Shown: positions 63,590-64,000 of the stretch, piece after piece
Layout of the letters: the number at the start of each line of letters is the position of its first letter
How positions within the stretch are numbered: position 1 is the first letter of the stretch
Source of the DNA: Octopus vulgaris
Taxonomy: Eukaryota
Assembly: GCA_951406725.2 (NCBI GenBank)
Contig: OX597818.1
Coordinates: 142,476,001-142,540,000 of the forward strand
Reading direction: 5' to 3'
Length of the DNA stretch: 64,000 nucleotides
Notes under the pieces: model-generated
Database searches by the model: none
Seen by the model: only the letters and a program-made list of their open reading frames with translations
What the model was told of the DNA's origin: nothing
Translations under genes and position numbers: made by a program

Positions 63590-63800
63590 GCCCCTACCAC
63601 CTCCACTTGACAACCGGTGTTGGTGTGTTTATGTCCCCATAACTTAACAGTTTGGCAAAAAAAAACTGATAAAATAAGTACTAGGCTTAGCAAAAAAATT
63701 AAGTACTAGGGTCAATTCGTTTGGCAAAAAGTTCTTCATGGCAGTGCCCCAGCATGGCCACTGTCTGATGGCTGAAACAAGTAAAAGAGTAAAAGAGTAT
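63390..63800 (+). mobile_element. SINE family A
   Basis: Body, (TG)n and gtaaaaga tail. Confidence 0.88.
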
Positions 63801-63927
63801 ACATGTGTGCATAGTCTTGTATCCAACGGTGCAAAAACACAATCACTAAATGCACCGAGAAAGCAACACTTTACCCCCACCCCTCCCCAACCAAGAACCA
63901 CATGCAACTAGAAAGCTCAGAGAAATT

Positions 63928-64000
63928 ACCTATTTCTTTTCTACCCACAAGGGACTGAACACAGGGAGGACAAACAAGGACTGACAAGCAGATTAAGTCA
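63928..64000 (-). mobile_element. SINE family C 3' end, cut by the window edge
   Basis: Reverse complement of about 5290-5357. Confidence 0.75.

Overview
AT-rich animal nuclear DNA, most likely an octopus (coleoid cephalopod) genome; this is inferred from the repeat families, not from a database match. No intact host protein-coding ORF is visible, and almost all ORF-track entries are microsatellite or repeat artefacts. The window is a dense, often nested transposon graveyard: about 25 copies or fragments of one tRNA-derived SINE, several other SINE families, LINE remnants (RTE, Proto2/RTEX-like, CR1, Zenon-like, Tx1, Ingi/Vingi-like), Penelope remnants, and one internally deleted CsRn1-type Gypsy LTR element. 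DNA transposons include three Tc1/mariner families (DD34D, DD37D, DD36E), hAT-Charlie MITEs, a CMC-like long-TIR element and non-autonomous Helitrons. The most notable hand-read signals are one near-intact and several decayed minimal hammerhead ribozymes, a 101-bp near-perfect palindrome whose spacer resembles a U3-A8 hammerhead variant, a Helitron with four stacked 5' ends, SINE head/tail module swapping, a PHD-type finger within an RTE ORF, and three possible minus-strand first exons in transposon-poor islands. I found no convincing wholly new biological system. SINE labels A, B, C and repeat labels D, E are my own working names. Boundaries of decayed elements are approximate.
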